Made by a program: the position numbers and the translations under genes. A DNA stretch of 64,000 nt. It comes from a virus (taxonomy: Duplodnaviria > Caudoviricetes). This document shows, piece after piece, positions 47,180 through 57,742 of this stretch. Each line of letters opens with the position of its first letter. Positions within the stretch are counted from its first letter, which is position 1. The stretch spans positions 1 to 64,000 of the IMG/VR virus record IMGVR_UViG_3300014205_000172; one strand, written 5' to 3'. The notes under the pieces were generated by a model. The model saw only the letters and a program-made list of their open reading frames with translations. It was not told the origin of the DNA and did not search any database.

Positions 47180-48850
47180 ATGAAAACCGATGTCTTACCC
47201 GCGCTGATCTGGATTCTCCACACGGAGGACAGTGACTTAGCGCATCTTGCGCCGATCACCCGTTTGGATATTACTGAAGGTGCCAGCACCAACTTCCACG
47301 ACGATGGGTTATTCTCCACCCGCATCTTTGGGCCAGTGGGTTCTGTCCAGCGAGACGAAGTCTTCGCTAAGCTTAAGTTAAACGTCCGTGTCCTTCACCC
47401 GAAAATTTACAGAGACCTCATTAACCTCAAGGCTCTTTATAAGGAGATTCTGGAAGGTTCACGGACCGCCAAGTTCAGTGACGTTGAAGGGGACTTCTAT
47501 CCAAGCGTTGACGCTGATGCTGAAACAGGTTATGCGTTCTTTATGTTCCACCTGGATAAGCTCAAACTCAAACGCACTGAATCCCCAGCCCGTAATGAAC
47601 GCATTGATTTCCTTGAACGCTGGTGGCATCGTAAGACGCTAACCAACCTGCCGGTCATGCCAGCAGGGCTTCGGGACATTGAAATCGGTGAAGACGGTAG
47701 GTGGACAAAGCATGAAATCAATGACTTCTATTTCCGGGTCATGTACACCGCTTTGAACATTGCTCAAAACCGTGACACTGAAAACGTCATCTACGATAGC
47801 CCTCGGTTGCTGTTGACCAAAGCTATCTATGAAATCTATTCTTACGTCGAACGCATCATTGGCGGTAAGAGTGGGTTCATCCGCGATAAGTGGGCGTCGC
47901 GCCGTGTGCTCTACGGCACCCGTAACGTTCTGACGTCCATGGAGACATCGGGTTATAGCCTGGAGTCTCCTAACGTACCGGCATTTGATGCGACCGTTCT
48001 AGGGACCTTCCAGGCGGCTGTAGCACTGGCGCCAGTTGTGGTCTTCTGGATGAGGACTGGGTATCTGTCCAAGATCATGACGGCGGGTGATGGCGATGTG
48101 ATGCTGGTGAATACCAAGACGCTCAAACCTGAGTGGACTTCGTTATCGCCCACCATGCGAGATCGCTGGACAACCTTCGATGGTCTGAGGGAAGTCATTA
48201 ACAGCCTGGTCGATATCGAGGCCCGGCACCGTCCCGTAATGATCGGTACACACTACCTGTCGTTGGTCTATAACGGTGAAGGTACCTTCCGTGTCTTTGA
48301 TGACATTGACGACCTGCCGGAAAACTTCGATCGTAAAGATGTGCATCCGATGACATTGATCGAACTGATCTACTTGTCAGGTTATTCCAAATGGGTCAAG
48401 TACTTCCTTGACGTGGTTCGTTATCCGATCAACGGTGATGACTCCACGTACCCTTCCCGGATGCACGTCAAGACCACTTCTGTGGGCGAGATCCGACGTG
48501 AGCTGGATACCGGTTGGATGCCACTTGAGGGCGATGAATATTTGGCGGTTGAATACCCCAACTATAATCTGCGTGGTTATCATGATTCAGAATCACCTGC
48601 CCCAAGCCGCCTTGTAGGTCTAGGCGCTGACTTTGACGGTGACACAGGTTCTGGCACAGCCGTCATGACGAATGATGCTTTAAGAGAAACAGAGAAATAT
48701 CTTTCGACGCGCGAAGCCTGGGTAAAACCATCAGGTGAACCGCGTGCTCAGATTGACTACGATACTGCTGACTTTGTGATCAAGAATCTGACCGGACGGT
48801 TCAATCACGTTAAGCAGGCAAGTCACAAGGCATTAGCTCAAAAGGGGTAA
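47180..48850 (+). CDS. Virion RNA polymerase beta'-like subunit with catalytic motif (phiKZ gp180-like)
   Basis: DGLFSTRIFGPVG, LPVMPAGLRD, GKSGFIR...R...GTRNV, RYP, LGADFDGD. Confidence 0.9.
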   Translation: MKTDVLPALIWILHTEDSDLAHLAPITRLDITEGASTNFHDDGLFSTRIFGPVGSVQRDEVFAKLKLNVRVLHPKIYRDLINLKALYKEILEGSRTAKFSDVEGDFYPSVDADAETGYAFFMFHLDKLKLKRTESPARNERIDFLERWWHRKTLTNLPVMPAGLRDIEIGEDGRWTKHEINDFYFRVMYTALNIAQNRDTENVIYDSPRLLLTKAIYEIYSYVERIIGGKSGFIRDKWASRRVLYGTRNVLTSMETSGYSLESPNVPAFDATVLGTFQAAVALAPVVVFWMRTGYLSKIMTAGDGDVMLVNTKTLKPEWTSLSPTMRDRWTTFDGLREVINSLVDIEARHRPVMIGTHYLSLVYNGEGTFRVFDDIDDLPENFDRKDVHPMTLIELIYLSGYSKWVKYFLDVVRYPINGDDSTYPSRMHVKTTSVGEIRRELDTGWMPLEGDEYLAVEYPNYNLRGYHDSESPAPSRLVGLGADFDGDTGSGTAVMTNDALRETEKYLSTREAWVKPSGEPRAQIDYDTADFVIKNLTGRFNHVKQASHKALAQKG

Positions 48851-48856
48851 TGATTC

Positions 48857-51800
48857 ATGGCCGAATTATTGGCTTACGACAGATATCGACTGCGTTTCAC
48901 ATTGTGGAAGACCAGTCAGCTGCAAGCGCCAGTCGTTTATCCGATTGCTCGTCTGCAGTTACCGAAGATGTCTGTCTTGCACTTTGCTCCAGCTGATGGC
49001 GTCACCATGGGTCCGCAGATCAGCGATCCATTGATGCGCTCAGTCCCTGGCGTGATCTACATTGACCACGTCAAGCAGTATGGTCAACCTGAAGGCAACC
49101 CGATTCGTACCTTCAGTCAGCCTGACACGCTGATCACACAGTTTCGTCAACGTAACCGTGCCTTCCGTCCTTTAAGGAAGTTGGACCGCCTGGAGACAGA
49201 CCAGCGTACGCTGGTTGTTTACAACTATGCCCTGCTGAGCCACATGGTTCGGTACGCTACATCGTTCAGGGCTGGCTGGTACATGTGGCGGAACGTGTAC
49301 GCTGAAGTGATGAACAATATCAATGCTCTCTGTGAAGAGAGTCAACGACATCATTTCATCGAACTGCCTTTGCCTGAAGTAATGCCTGGGTTGGGTACCT
49401 TGCGCACGTTCTCGATGCGTCAAACCGCTGACGTGTTGAACAACCTGCGTGACGATGGTTCTAAGCAAGTTGCTGACCTGTTTGTCTGGGCTGGTAAGTT
49501 GCGTGAAAACAGTCTGCTCAGTAAGATCAAGCCTGAGAACTACCCGAAGGTAAACGTCATCATTCGCCGACTCAATGGCTTTGTGGTGGTTAACCTCGGG
49601 TGGTTGGACGGTCTGCGCAAGTCTGACGATCCGGCGGTAAAGAACAAAGGTGTGTCTTACGACCCAGCTATGTTCCAGCTTCTGCTGCTGAAGTTTCTGA
49701 CCACGCTGCATCAAGCAACATCCCCTATCGAGACTGACCTCAAAAACGAGGTGGTTGAAGAACCTGTGGTTGAGGTGGATGTTGATGGCGTTGGCTTGGA
49801 CGATCTTGAGCTGACAGCGGAGTATGACGAACTTCCACCGTCCGATGAATTGGACGATGATGACGTCACGATTGCAGCACTTGAAAAAGAGCTGGAAGAG
49901 TTGGATCTGTTGAAGCAGCGCGCTATTGATGAAGCGGTCCAGTACGATGAAGATGGCGAGAAGCTTGAAACTAAAGCAATCGACATCAACATGCTGGCAG
50001 CAGATAAAGCGGCTAAGACAACAGGTTCGCCTATTGTCGATAAGGCTAACGAACTGGCTGGCAAAGGACTGCTGACGGCTGCTGAGCACCGCCGGCTGGA
50101 GCGAATCTCCGGTATCTTCAAAACCCTACCTAACCCGTTTGGTGGCGAAGGCACTCTGGTTGACGCGATCGAGATCCCTCAAGAAGATATCGAGATCAAA
50201 CCAACCATATTGGCCGATGCCAGTACGCTCATCGACAAATCGTTGGCTGTCTCGAAGACCGACACGTTTGAACGCCAGTACCTTGAAAAGGTGTTGCGTA
50301 AAGACATCGTTCGGTGTGTTGCTGCTATCCAGAAGGCTCCGGTTGCGATCACCAGCTACTCGATCAACCGCCTGACGGATGCCAGTAACGATCAGGAGAT
50401 CCACTCGTTTAAAATCACCCCCGCAGTCGGTGAGTCGTCTACGGTGTCGTTCCCACTTCCGGTTGTAAAGCCAGATGGGTCATTTCTGTATAACGGCACT
50501 AAGTACCGGATGCGTAAGCAACGTGTGGATTTGCCAATCCGTAAGTTGTCACCAGTACAAGTGGGGTTGAGTAGTTATTACGGCAAGGTCTTTATTGAGC
50601 GTTCTGAACGTAAGAACTTCAACTACGAAAAGTGGTTCATGGGTCAGCTGATTATCAAGGCGCTCGATCCTGAAGATCCAAACGTTGGTAAGGCCATGCT
50701 TAGTACGGTGGCTGATTACCTGATTGATGTGCCAAAGATGTACACGTCAATCTCTGAACGCATCATGTCGATGGTTTGCGGAAAGAACCAGCTGTGGTTC
50801 GATCACAAGCGTCGGGTTGAGAAGTTCAAGTACACCGCTGAACAACTGGCTTTTGAAAAGAAAGGTTGGGCACTGTGTGGACAAAATGATCAGGGCCAAG
50901 CTTTGATCATGGACGTCAACAACATGATCTACCGAATCGTCCCAGACAAACAGGGCGGTAGTCTTCAAGAAGTCGGTACGATCAATGACCTGACTGGTAT
51001 CACCGAAGACACGGGCACGCCTATCAGCGCTATTGAAGTCAAAGTGTATTCCAAGAACATCCCAATGGGTTTGGTTCTGGCGTACCTCCTGGGCTTTAAT
51101 AAGCTGCTGGACTTGCTCAAAGTAAAACCTCGTCGCGTGTTGGCGGGTGCTCGCTTGAACCTTGAGCCGCACGAATACGCCATTCGGTTTGTTGATGAGT
51201 CGTTGGTCTTCAGCCGTAAGGACATTGTTCCATCGCTGATCCTGTCAGGTTTCAATCTGGCTAAGGATGCTGTCCGTAACTACAGCGGTGCGATGTTCGA
51301 TGGCAAGGATGTCTACAGCGCGATCTTTGATCGGTCCGGCATTGGTTCCAGGTTCCTGCGTGAGTTGGATTCGTTGGACACCATGTTTGTCGACCCTATC
51401 ACGGAAGACCTGCTCAAATGGATGAAGGAGCCAACTGAGTTCACGGGTCTGCTGGTTCGGGCTACAGAGATGTTGGTTAACGCCAAGGTCGATGAAGCAC
51501 GTAAGGATAAAGATGGTGTGGTAGAGCTGCTCGAACGTGTGCGTGGCTATGAGCGTATTGCTGGGATGGTGTATGAAAACCTGTCCAAGCGTGTGCGTGA
51601 ATACAACGCCCGTGCTTCAAGTGGTCGTGCCAGCATCAAGATGAATCCGAACGATCCGATCAACATGCTGATCAAGGACCCTACTACTTCGCCTGTCAAC
51701 AACATCAACCCAATTCACGCTCTGCGCGAACGGGAAGTGATCACCTTTGGTGGTCGTGGTGGTCGTAGCCGCCGGGCGATGGTGGCAAGGACTCGTTTGT

Positions 51801-53125
51801 ACAAGCGCACTGACATGGGCCTGATCACTGAAGGTACCGTGGACAGTGGCGACGTGGGCATCATCGCTTACATGCCGCAGAACGCTAACCTGACAACAGT
51901 GCGTGGTACCGTTCGCCAATACAATCCGAAAACCGATGGTGCTGCTACTATCATGTCGACTCCAGCTTTGCTGGGCGTAGGTGCTGATGGTGACGATCCA
52001 AAACGTATCGGGTTCAGTGCTATTCAGCATGGCCACGGTATTGCTACTGAGAACTATGAAGTGGCTCCTGGCTTGACTGAAATGGAAGCTATGATTGCTT
52101 CGCGGTCGGGTCCTGAGTTCGCTCAGGTTGCAAGTGGTAAAGGCAAGGTTACTGAAATCGGTCCTCAGCACATTGCGGTTGAATACGCAAATGGTGAGAT
52201 TTTCCGTGCTCCATTGGGAATGATCCACACCAACGCTGAAGGTACGCTGTATCCAAACACACTGGTTACCGGTCTTACTGTCGGCGACACAGTGGAGCAG
52301 TTTGATGTACTGACCTATAATCCGGGCTTCTTTAAAGTGAGTCCGTTTAATCCTCGGCGTGTAAACTACGCTGGGTCATGTTTGGCGCGTGTTGCCATCC
52401 GTGAGGCCACGTATACGTTGGAAGACTCATGCTCTCTTTCCGAAGCATTCGCTCGTCGAATGATCACGAAGGTAGCGAAGCCTAAACCTGTCAATGTCGA
52501 CTTCCATGATGAAATTGTTGGGCTGGTAAAAGTAGGCCAACGGGTGGATCTTGATACAACGCTATGTAGCATCGAGGGTAGCGTTTCCTCAGCCGCAGGG
52601 TTGTTTGACGATTCCAACATCGATACGCTTAAACTGTTCACCCCGTCGGCGCCTAAAGCTAAAACTGTCGGAGTCGTGTCTAAGATCGAAGTCTTCTACA
52701 ATGGCGACATTGAAGACATGTCTGAGTCTCTGCAGGTCATCGTGGCTGAATCCGAAAAGGGGCGGCGTCGATTGGCTAAAGCGTTGGGTGAGGAATACAC
52801 GTCGGGGTTTGTGGGACGTAATGTGCGAAAGGAAGGGACTAACCTTGAACCACATCGGGCGATGATCTTGGTTTACATCGATACCGAAGTCCCAATGGGT
52901 ATTGCTGACAAGCTGGTAATTGGTAATCAGATGAAGTCGGTAGTCGGCGCTGTACTCTTTGGTGAAAACCAAACTGAGTCAGGCGGGCAGGTCGATATTG
53001 TCTTTGGTGCTCTTTCTGCGATAAACCGTATTGTGACTGGGTTGTTTACGGGCGGCTCAGTCAACACAGTGGTGCGGATTATCGGCGAAGAAGCGTTTGC
53101 CATGTATTTCGAAGATGCTGCTTAA
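48857..53125 (+). CDS. Virion RNA polymerase beta-like subunit (phiKZ gp178-like)
   Basis: 1422 aa; DGSF.YNG.KY....QR, NINPI, G.GGRS, EGTVDSGDVG, DDPKR, EDS..LS, ADKLV.GNQMK. Confidence 0.9.
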   Translation: MAELLAYDRYRLRFTLWKTSQLQAPVVYPIARLQLPKMSVLHFAPADGVTMGPQISDPLMRSVPGVIYIDHVKQYGQPEGNPIRTFSQPDTLITQFRQRNRAFRPLRKLDRLETDQRTLVVYNYALLSHMVRYATSFRAGWYMWRNVYAEVMNNINALCEESQRHHFIELPLPEVMPGLGTLRTFSMRQTADVLNNLRDDGSKQVADLFVWAGKLRENSLLSKIKPENYPKVNVIIRRLNGFVVVNLGWLDGLRKSDDPAVKNKGVSYDPAMFQLLLLKFLTTLHQATSPIETDLKNEVVEEPVVEVDVDGVGLDDLELTAEYDELPPSDELDDDDVTIAALEKELEELDLLKQRAIDEAVQYDEDGEKLETKAIDINMLAADKAAKTTGSPIVDKANELAGKGLLTAAEHRRLERISGIFKTLPNPFGGEGTLVDAIEIPQEDIEIKPTILADASTLIDKSLAVSKTDTFERQYLEKVLRKDIVRCVAAIQKAPVAITSYSINRLTDASNDQEIHSFKITPAVGESSTVSFPLPVVKPDGSFLYNGTKYRMRKQRVDLPIRKLSPVQVGLSSYYGKVFIERSERKNFNYEKWFMGQLIIKALDPEDPNVGKAMLSTVADYLIDVPKMYTSISERIMSMVCGKNQLWFDHKRRVEKFKYTAEQLAFEKKGWALCGQNDQGQALIMDVNNMIYRIVPDKQGGSLQEVGTINDLTGITEDTGTPISAIEVKVYSKNIPMGLVLAYLLGFNKLLDLLKVKPRRVLAGARLNLEPHEYAIRFVDESLVFSRKDIVPSLILSGFNLAKDAVRNYSGAMFDGKDVYSAIFDRSGIGSRFLRELDSLDTMFVDPITEDLLKWMKEPTEFTGLLVRATEMLVNAKVDEARKDKDGVVELLERVRGYERIAGMVYENLSKRVREYNARASSGRASIKMNPNDPINMLIKDPTTSPVNNINPIHALREREVITFGGRGGRSRRAMVARTRLYKRTDMGLITEGTVDSGDVGIIAYMPQNANLTTVRGTVRQYNPKTDGAATIMSTPALLGVGADGDDPKRIGFSAIQHGHGIATENYEVAPGLTEMEAMIASRSGPEFAQVASGKGKVTEIGPQHIAVEYANGEIFRAPLGMIHTNAEGTLYPNTLVTGLTVGDTVEQFDVLTYNPGFFKVSPFNPRRVNYAGSCLARVAIREATYTLEDSCSLSEAFARRMITKVAKPKPVNVDFHDEIVGLVKVGQRVDLDTTLCSIEGSVSSAAGLFDDSNIDTLKLFTPSAPKAKTVGVVSKIEVFYNGDIEDMSESLQVIVAESEKGRRRLAKALGEEYTSGFVGRNVRKEGTNLEPHRAMILVYIDTEVPMGIADKLVIGNQMKSVVGAVLFGENQTESGGQVDIVFGALSAINRIVTGLFTGGSVNTVVRIIGEEAFAMYFEDAA

Positions 53126-53190
53126 TTAACCCCCGTGCCCCACCTCCAGTTCTGCTGGGGGTGGGTGTATGTACACTTGAGGAATGATTG

Positions 53191-53385
53191 ATGACACCCA
53201 CCGAGTTGAATAACCTGCCGATCCTTGCGACGGCTGTCCAGCTGGTCAGCGAAATCGCTTTGAACGTGGTTGGTAATGACATTGCCTCGGAAGTCGGAGG
53301 CCAAAAGATTACTCAAGCTTCCGTCAAGATCCTGGCGTCGACGATGATCAACAAAACCCTGACCGAGAAAATCAGCCATGCTTGA
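53191..53385 (+). CDS. Small hypothetical protein (64 aa)
   Basis: RBS GAGGA at 53179; stop overlaps the next start. Confidence 0.6.
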   Translation: MTPTELNNLPILATAVQLVSEIALNVVGNDIASEVGGQKITQASVKILASTMINKTLTEKISHA

Positions 53386-54769
53386 CCCGAATGCTGTCAC
53401 AGCTGTAATTGCGGTGAACCAATCGATCTCCGCCAAGGGTGCACATCTTGTCACGCTGCCAGACACTGCCCTGGCTATGCTTGTGCGCGAAATGCCAACC
53501 ACTGCCATCAAGGCTGAAGAAACCGATTATGCTGCTGCCGGTACGATCCTGACAGACCTGTCGCGTGGTGAAGATCACGCTGCCGTGCTACAACGTGTTG
53601 TAGGTCTGGGCAGTGATTCCGTGCGCCGCACTTTGGCGTTTGCACGCAATACCGTCATGCCGCACATTTATCGTGTCATCGAAGCATATACCGCTGAAAT
53701 GACCAAGAACACCAACGTGGCAATGCCATTTGACGTCAAGCGTCATTTTGCACACGATGCGGCCAAAACCTCCATCGCCATGAACTTCCTGGAGCGCTGG
53801 GAACACGCTCCGGCAGTGACGCCAGTTTCTAATGTTGATCTGGGTACATACACCCCGGATGAGATCTTGAACCTCGTCAAGATCAGCAATGATGGCGATT
53901 ACAATGAGCACATCGAAACACTGCTCACTGAAGACGGTGGTCGCGGTCTGAAACAATTGAGCGACATGCTCAAAGGCATCATGCCGATTACTGCGGTGGA
54001 TAATCACTTCCAACTGCCTGCGGCTGTCCTGCTGCAAAGCATCGTCGGTACGCCTAAACCAGGCGTGGGCATGACTCTGACCGCGTACACGGCCGCTGTA
54101 AGTTCGATGGCTAACTATGCCGCCAAGAACGCGATGGCTGCTTTGGGTCGTCTGAAAACTCAGCGGGTGGATCAAGCCCTGTACTACGGCATCTTCCAAC
54201 ACGACGCCAAAACCATTCCTGTGGTGGGTGAGGTCTACAACGACCTGCTGGAAAAAGGCTTCAGCATCGATATGCTGTTTGGTAACGAATTGCTCGGGCG
54301 TAAGTACCAAGGCGCTGCGCTGCTGCAGCCTGAAGCCATGGCTGAAATGACCGAAGTGTACAACCGAGATCGCGCCATTCGTCAAACTGCGCACAACTTG
54401 GATCGTCAGCGCATGAGCCGCCAGGCTATCCTGGATGTCTTGCGTACTGACCAACAGGCCATTGCAGCTGCTGGCGAGTTCACTGTCGCCGATGACTCCG
54501 CTGATAAATCGTGGGCGCGCCTGAAAGGGTTTATTGATAGCCTCACCGTCAATAACACCTGGTACAGCTACGAGCCTTCGTCGATGATCGCAGCCACCAT
54601 CTGCGCTGTCTGGTACGCGCACAGTGACGCTCACCGCATCATCGACATCATGTTTGAGCAAGGTAAAGAAAACCCAGAAATGCCGCCTTCTGAACAAGCC
54701 ACGATGGCCTCCCTTCAGTATATCTCTGAATGGGTAGCCAGCCAGATCGGCGTCGCTTCGAAAAACTAA
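53378..54769 (+). CDS. Conserved hypothetical protein (phiKZ gp177-like)
   Basis: 463 aa; position between vRNAP beta and the protease operon. Confidence 0.7.
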   Translation: MLDPNAVTAVIAVNQSISAKGAHLVTLPDTALAMLVREMPTTAIKAEETDYAAAGTILTDLSRGEDHAAVLQRVVGLGSDSVRRTLAFARNTVMPHIYRVIEAYTAEMTKNTNVAMPFDVKRHFAHDAAKTSIAMNFLERWEHAPAVTPVSNVDLGTYTPDEILNLVKISNDGDYNEHIETLLTEDGGRGLKQLSDMLKGIMPITAVDNHFQLPAAVLLQSIVGTPKPGVGMTLTAYTAAVSSMANYAAKNAMAALGRLKTQRVDQALYYGIFQHDAKTIPVVGEVYNDLLEKGFSIDMLFGNELLGRKYQGAALLQPEAMAEMTEVYNRDRAIRQTAHNLDRQRMSRQAILDVLRTDQQAIAAAGEFTVADDSADKSWARLKGFIDSLTVNNTWYSYEPSSMIAATICAVWYAHSDAHRIIDIMFEQGKENPEMPPSEQATMASLQYISEWVASQIGVASKN

Positions 54770-54788
54770 GTGATCTAAGGATACCACA

Positions 54789-55511
54789 ATGAATTCATCG
54801 GCCTACAGGCGGGATAAGCAACGTGTAGATGCTTGCCTTAAAAAGGTAGGTGACACACTGGTAGCGCTGGAGCCGGTGCGTATACAGATCCCTGAACGGT
54901 TTACCGAACGGGATCTGGCTATCATTGAGGATGTCTCGTACATCCTCGGGTTCCTTGCCATTATCACTGAAGACAACGTTTATGCGTCATCGACTGTGAC
55001 AGGCATGCTGCGCACCGAACCAGATCGTATCGGTAAGGTGGTCGTGGATGACCAGTCTTACATCGAACTCTTTTACGACAAAGGGTCGAAAGTCTTTGCC
55101 AGCACTAAGATCGTAACTGTGGATAACTTGGTGCATCCTGTCTATACAGAGATGTTGGGGAAAGGGAACATCCCCTGGTATCACGGTTACGAAGATATCT
55201 GTCAGATGTTTTACGACACCGGTAAGTATAATGGTGTTACGTTGGGTGCCGATCTTGCGCTGTGGGAATACCTGGGTGCGTGCCTGTGCCGTAACCCAGA
55301 TAACCCACGCCAGTACTATCGCCACAGACCCAACATCAAACAGTCGTTACTGACAGTACCACCTTACATCGTGTCGCTGCGGAACGTGGCGTTCGGCGCT
55401 ACCAACTTTAGCTCGAAGCTTGGCGGCTCTTACTTCGATCCAGGTATGACCAGTTTGCTGGCCCACCCATCTGAACGTGCAGAGCGTGTCGAGAACTTCT
55501 TAAGACAATGA
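54789..55511 (+). CDS. Conserved hypothetical protein (phiKZ gp176-like)
   Basis: 240 aa; KGNIPWY..YED, SKL.GSYF..G, E.VE..LR. Confidence 0.7.
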   Translation: MNSSAYRRDKQRVDACLKKVGDTLVALEPVRIQIPERFTERDLAIIEDVSYILGFLAIITEDNVYASSTVTGMLRTEPDRIGKVVVDDQSYIELFYDKGSKVFASTKIVTVDNLVHPVYTEMLGKGNIPWYHGYEDICQMFYDTGKYNGVTLGADLALWEYLGACLCRNPDNPRQYYRHRPNIKQSLLTVPPYIVSLRNVAFGATNFSSKLGGSYFDPGMTSLLAHPSERAERVENFLRQ

Positions 55512-55522
55512 GGTCTTGAATC

Positions 55523-56317
55523 ATGGCAGGCGTAGCTCTGCAACAACCCTTTGCCTCCTACAGCAACATCGTGTTGAGTGGCAGTGGTAAACAAGGTATT
55601 TTGAAAAAGTTGGATGGTGGTTACTACGAGATCATCCTCGGCGCCTTGGCGGCTTACGGTAACGGCAACTGGCTGTACGACGAAGCATCTGGTCGTCAGT
55701 ACATGGAAAACGACCGTGAGTTCTTGGCCGAGCTGCGCGGTGGTCGTATCAAAGGTGAGTGGGGTCATCCTCGCCGTCCTCAGGGCATGTCCGACCAAGA
55801 CTGGTTTGTGCGGATCAACGAAATCTACGAGGATAACACCTGCGTAGCGTTCCGTGACATCTCCCTGTCGATGGATCTTATCAAGGACGATAAAGGTCGT
55901 CGTGTGGTTGGCATCATCGGTCAGATCAAACCGTCGGGTAAACAAGCGCGTTCGTTCCAGGACATGCTTGAAAACCCTGACGAAGATACCCCGTTCTCTA
56001 TCCGTTGCTTTGCTCGTAAAGATTTCCGGACGATGCACAAGCACATCAACAAGATCGTGACCTGGGATTACGTCACCCAGCCTGGTATTGCAGTAGCGTC
56101 GAAGTATAACACCCCAAGTCTTGAATCCAAGCATGACATCAGTCACATGCTGGATGAAGCCGAGTTCAGCCTCACTCGTTTGAAAGACGGCTTCACCGAT
56201 CCGGCAAACGAAGCCAGCTTCGAAAGCAATCGCCCTCACATCCAACTGATTGACCGGATGATTGAGACCGAACGCACCGCTGGTAAGATCTGGGTCCCTA
56301 ACTCCCTTCAGTGGTAA
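55523..56317 (+). CDS. Prohead (head maturation) protease (phiKZ gp175 / T4 gp21-like)
   Basis: GEWGHP (His), FSIR (Ser), TWDYV..PG (Asp); C-terminal self-cleavage-type motifs SLES and SFES. Confidence 0.85.
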   Translation: MAGVALQQPFASYSNIVLSGSGKQGILKKLDGGYYEIILGALAAYGNGNWLYDEASGRQYMENDREFLAELRGGRIKGEWGHPRRPQGMSDQDWFVRINEIYEDNTCVAFRDISLSMDLIKDDKGRRVVGIIGQIKPSGKQARSFQDMLENPDEDTPFSIRCFARKDFRTMHKHINKIVTWDYVTQPGIAVASKYNTPSLESKHDISHMLDEAEFSLTRLKDGFTDPANEASFESNRPHIQLIDRMIETERTAGKIWVPNSLQW

Positions 56318-56344
56318 CACTGTTAATTAACAAGGATAACGTAC

Positions 56345-57730
56345 ATGTCGACTGCTATTGCAAAGGCGCTGCAGGGTCTCGCTCTTGAATCGGGTGAGGT
56401 AGTTGAGGACGCCGTTGGCGAGTTTCATGATTCGCTCGGCGAGTTGCTGGTCTCTGAAAGCCAAGTGGCTCAAGAACCCACCATTACCGATCAGGTAAAT
56501 GATGCGGCTAAAGCATCTGACGTAACTGAGCAGCTCGATGAGCTGGCTGTGCGTGCTGATGAAGTGGCCGCTATTGAAAGTCCGCCCGTTGCCCAAGTGG
56601 CGGTGGAGTCGCTGCATCGTGAATTCAAAACGATCATGCGTGCTAACCAGCTGCCGTTTGAAGCCAGTTCTTTCGAATCGGTTTACAGCGTTGAAGGTCA
56701 GGCAAAAGGCCTGGGTCAGGATGCTCGCCGTGTAGCTGGCTACAGCCGCAGCGTGGCTGCTGAATTACGTGGCCACAGCCAAGAGGCTGGCACCATTGTT
56801 CAGACGATCCGCCGCGATGCCAGTCGGCTGATAGAGGCTAACGGTGTACTGACACGCGCTATTTCAGCAGTGCAGCACATTTCGGAAAGCCTGAAAGAAC
56901 ACCCAGTGAAGATCAATCATTCCGGTTCTGCACTGTTCCTGACCGTAGATGGCAAACCTGCACTCAATGCAAAAGCCGCCGTCGATCAAGAAGTGGCGCA
57001 ACTGCATAAACTGCACGATGCGATCGTCGAAGCATTCCAGGTGGTATTGGCCGGCGCACATGCGTTTGAAGCCAACCCTCATGCCACAATTGAAAGCCTG
57101 TTACCCGCCAGTAAGTTTGGCAAACTCAATGAATTTGCGCAACATCATCACTTCATGGGTAACCGCACTATCGTTGGCATGTCGAGTAAGGGTCTCCCTG
57201 TTCTCAAGTTCCACCGCGTCAATGAGAACAAGCTCCAGGGTTGGAATGCGACCAAGGCTGTTGCCTGGATGCCGTTGGCAGCATTCGGTTGGGGGTTCCT
57301 GGCGGGCGCTGCGATCTTTATCGGCGGGATTGTAACGGGCGGGCTTATTCCAGCGATTGCAGCAACTCCAGTTGTTTATAACGCCACGGTGGCGGGCTAC
57401 CTCGCCGGTGGTGTTAAAAGCGGCATCGACAGTTATAACAAAAACGTCAACATGACGACCGACAAATCAGCGGCCAGCAGCAACGATTTTATCAAAATGC
57501 TGCAAGAGTTGCAGGGGCTCACTAAACTGACTTCGCTTAACCTGCCAGATGGTCAGGTTATGGACATCCTCGATAAAGTGCACAAAGCGGGCGGACCTAG
57601 TTCCACTTACGGTGCCTTCGAAGACGTCATCGGTTACATTGCCACTGCCGTTGACTGCCTATACGAACAAGCGCTTTATGACGTGATCGAAGGTTCGAAG
57701 ATCGCAGCTCAGGTCACTAAGCAAATATAA
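56345..57730 (+). CDS. Internal head (ejection) protein, protease substrate
   Basis: Acidic propeptide with ALES, AIES, AVES, SFES, SVE, SQE; long hydrophobic segment in the C-terminal third. Confidence 0.65.
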   Translation: MSTAIAKALQGLALESGEVVEDAVGEFHDSLGELLVSESQVAQEPTITDQVNDAAKASDVTEQLDELAVRADEVAAIESPPVAQVAVESLHREFKTIMRANQLPFEASSFESVYSVEGQAKGLGQDARRVAGYSRSVAAELRGHSQEAGTIVQTIRRDASRLIEANGVLTRAISAVQHISESLKEHPVKINHSGSALFLTVDGKPALNAKAAVDQEVAQLHKLHDAIVEAFQVVLAGAHAFEANPHATIESLLPASKFGKLNEFAQHHHFMGNRTIVGMSSKGLPVLKFHRVNENKLQGWNATKAVAWMPLAAFGWGFLAGAAIFIGGIVTGGLIPAIAATPVVYNATVAGYLAGGVKSGIDSYNKNVNMTTDKSAASSNDFIKMLQELQGLTKLTSLNLPDGQVMDILDKVHKAGGPSSTYGAFEDVIGYIATAVDCLYEQALYDVIEGSKIAAQVTKQI

Positions 57731-57742
57731 GTGAGGTGAGTA

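Noticed and set aside
47180-53125. Group I intron, homing endonuclease or intein in the RNAP genes (common in relatives)
   Set aside because: Both ORFs are continuous and of expected length, with GADFDGD intact; no HNH/LAGLIDADG or intein motifs noticed
53588-54787. 399-aa minus-strand ORF (also 49172-50089 and 55430-56320)
   Set aside because: Antisense to well-supported genes; expected from codon bias that removes stops in the mirrored frame
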